The notes below the pieces were generated by a model that was not told the DNA's origin, did no database searches, and was given only the letters and a program-made list of their open reading frames with translations. A stretch of 64,000 bases of DNA from the human T2T-CHM13v2.0 reference genome, Homo sapiens. A program made the position numbers and the translations under genes. Numbering within the stretch: position 1 is the first letter of the stretch; every line of letters starts with the position of its first letter. The stretch lies in NCBI RefSeq assembly GCF_009914755.1, contig NC_060926.1, one strand, 5' to 3'. Of this stretch, positions 57,797 through 64,000 are shown piece by piece.

Positions 57797-59565
57797 GTGC
57801 AGGTGGGCTCTGCATGGGGGGGCGGTGCAGGCTGGCTGTGTGGGAGTGGTGCAGATGGGCTCTGGGGGGCAGCGGTGCAGGTGGGCTCTGCGATGAGACC
57901 TGTCTTGCATGGCTAACATGACAAGGACGTGACAAGGGGCTCTGGGAACCGCCCCCCCCCCCCGGCTGTGGGCTGCCAGTCCAGGGCCCGTCTCCACTGG
58001 GAAGGCCTTGCCTTGAAGGAGGTGTTTCCAAAGCCACAGGGAAAAAGGCAAGGGAGACCCAGAGAGGCTGTCACTGGACTCAGGGTCTGAGAGACTTGTC
58101 CGTGCTAGCAGGGTGTGGATTGCGGTTGGCCTGACCTGCAAACAGGCACCCTCCCACTCCTTGCTGGGCCCCAAAGTCCTCCGATGTAAATAAGAAGGTG
58201 GGACTGAACCATCTGTGAGGTCCCTTAAGCTCAAGTCATCTCGGATTTCAGCAATAGAAAGAAATGACAGCTGTCTGGCCATATACTATCAAGAAACAGA
58301 GCTTGGTGGGAATCGGAATGGGTGGCCTTGGGCAGGGGGCTGCTTTCCCTGCTGGGTAATGGGCTCACGGCATTTAGGGGCAGAAGGGCCTGTGTTGTGC
58401 ACAAACCACTGCTCTGACCCTCCTTCCCAGAGTCTAGTTAGGGTCTGCCCCAGCCCTATGGGACTCAAAGCTCCAAGGTTAAGAGCTCTTGGTCAGCATC
58501 TCTCGAAGAGTGCATGAGCCGACATCCTCCTTTCCACGGCATTTCTACACCCTGCCGTGCCCAGTACTCAGCAGCAGCCACCACAGCCTCTCAGCAGGGC
58601 AGGAAATGTGAGGCTGTACCCGACCGTGATGCAACCAGGCTTCTAATCACCTACAGCAGCCAGCAGCCAGGGACCATGAAGGGAGAGAGCCTCTGAGGCT
58701 GCCCGCTCCTCCCCCGGGTCGAGGCACTGGGCTTCTAACATCTTTTAATCCTACTCTTTTTATAGAACTCCAGAGAGGACAATTCTTCCTTCAGTTTTTG
58801 ATGTTCATGTTCCAGGCTTGGCATCCTTCCCCACCCATCCACACGCTCTCCCTCAGCAACTGTACTCCGGTATGGCATCAGCCACTATCCAAATGCTGAT
58901 GTCCACGAAATGACAGCTCCAGCTCCAACCACTTTTCGCAGTTGACAGGAATTTCGGACAGCCCACGGAAATTATCCACCTAGGACTCAAAACTCAACTT
59001 GTACAAAACTAGGCCCATCCTGTTAATAGCATTCTGAATCTTCTCAACTACACAAGCAGGGAATCTTGGAGTCTTTCTAGAAACTCACTTTCCCTTGCTT
59101 GTCAAACTCAGTGGCTCACCTCACCTCCTCCTCCACCTCTCACCTGGATTCCTCCCTTACCTGGGCTCCTGCCCCCATGCAGTCTCCCCCAGTACAACCT
59201 CCCCCGCCACTGTGGATCCTTCTATTACACAGGCTGGGAAGACACACAAGAAACTGAGAAGCTGCTTGTCTCTGGAGAGGGGAGCTGGGGAAATAGTTGG
59301 GAGGAAGGGAAATTTTCTTTGCAATGCATGTTTTCAATGTCCCCTCATGTGCCTGTGTATTACCTCTTCTAATTTTTAAAATAAACATTTAAAAATAATG
59401 AAACACAGAAAACTTCGCCTAGCTCCCCACTGCCTACAGGACAGTTCAACCTCTTAGCTTGGAATCCTGTGAAAATGTGACCCAAACCCGTCTCATTGGT
59501 TTCTGCTCTCCGACATCACCTGGCTGAATGGCACATAAACTCCAGGCTGTTCAAAAGCACTTCTG

Positions 59566-62868
<3,303 letters not shown>

Positions 62869-64000
62869 GATACACACAGTTCACACCCAGAAGGGCAACT
62901 GCAGCTGGCTGACCTCCTCAACAATTCCTGAAACCATCTCCTCTGCAAGCCTCTCACCGCCACTGCCTTGGTTCAGGACTCGGCCACCTGGATCATTGCA
63001 GACTCCCCCACCCACTCATACAGGTGGTCATGTTATCCCTAGTCTGACTCTGTCCAGTTCATCCTCCCTACAGTTGTCGGTGTGACGTTCCTAAAACACA
63101 AACTGTCACAATCCTTACCTTTCAGATACCCAGAACTTTCATAGTAACCCAAACTCGCTAACATGGAATACCCTTGGCATGGCGCACTGCAGCCTGGCAT
63201 ACTCTCCTAAGACCTCTCTGACCCATGCCCTGGGCACCAGCTGCCCCAGCCACCAGTGACATTAGGCATGAGGTTCTCTCTGCACAGAACTTGCTGCCTG
63301 GATCACGTCCACAGACCCTTCCAGATTCAGGACAACTTCCAAATTCATCCCTTCGGGAATGCCTACCTGCCTCCCTTGGGATTAGCCGCTTTCTCCTGTG
63401 GCCTTTTGATACGGATCTCTCATCGCCCTGCTTTCTACTTTCCCCCATTGAGCTGCAGACTTCTTTAAGGCAAGGGCTATGCTGTGTGGCCTCATCCCTA
63501 GCACCCACAGCGGGACCGGTGCTCAAAGGATAGCTGGAAAATGACTTAAAGAACGAGCAGTCACCATGATGAATAATATCAGCAAATCAGAGGGCACAAC
63601 ATTCACTCTTGCTATTTGCCTCTCATTTTCACCTCCGAGTTTCCAAAGCACTTGAAAATGAACACTAAAATTAACTGCCTCCTTGCTATGTGTGAATTCC
63701 TCCCAAATTTCTCAGCTATTTGTCCAGGCAGTGTTATATAACTGCAGGCTGATGTGGTATTAAAGGAATCTTGTTATATAATTCAGCCCTACTCACTGCA
63801 GCTCGCTTTTCCTCTTTAAAGACCGTAAGGGAGAGGAGCAGGGAACCAGGGCCAGAGGGAGAGAGCTCTGTGCACTGTCGCCTGGGGCTGTCCCTCTCCC
63901 CCACCCTCCCTGGGGCCTTTTCAGGATTCCTTGGTGCGGTAGCCACCCAGGAAGGCATCTTCCTCGGCTCCCAGCGGCTGCTAAGCAAAGCCTCCCGGGC

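Noticed and set aside
57428-58282. 284-aa minus-strand ORF with HICSAPTHLHC repeats that look metal-binding
   Set aside because: The periodicity comes from the 19-bp tandem repeat, which is not a multiple of three.

Overview
This is human (or very close primate) genomic DNA from the KLF11-CYS1 locus (2p25.1 from recall). It contains the complete KLF11 gene on the + strand: four coding exons at 28493-28534, 30885-31154, 32385-33330 and 36965-37245, totalling 1539 nt or 512 aa, with a CpG-island promoter and a 3' UTR of up to about 2.3 kb. It also contains the 3' part of CYS1 (cystin-1) on the - strand: exon 2 at 50647-50699 and the exon 3 CDS at 43596-43701. CYS1 exon 1 lies beyond the right edge, and the two genes converge tail-to-tail about 2 kb apart. 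The rest is Alu-dense intergenic and intronic DNA with L1, L2, MIR, MaLR and ERV1-LTR remnants and several minisatellites. Nearly all ORFs in the track are Alu, repeat or GC-rich artefacts. I see no new gene system. The most unusual observations are: (i) a 105-bp inverted copy of an LTR/flank junction inserted with an Alu into an L1, which preserves the LTR's lost target-site duplication (TSD); (ii) a 29-bp VNTR whose CpG decay creates AP-1 sites next to E-boxes; (iii) a GC-box/EGR 8-9-mer array in the KLF11 promoter; (iv) three Alus stacked at one target site; and (v) a truncated Alu fused to a hairpin filler. Repeat boundaries are approximate and read by eye.
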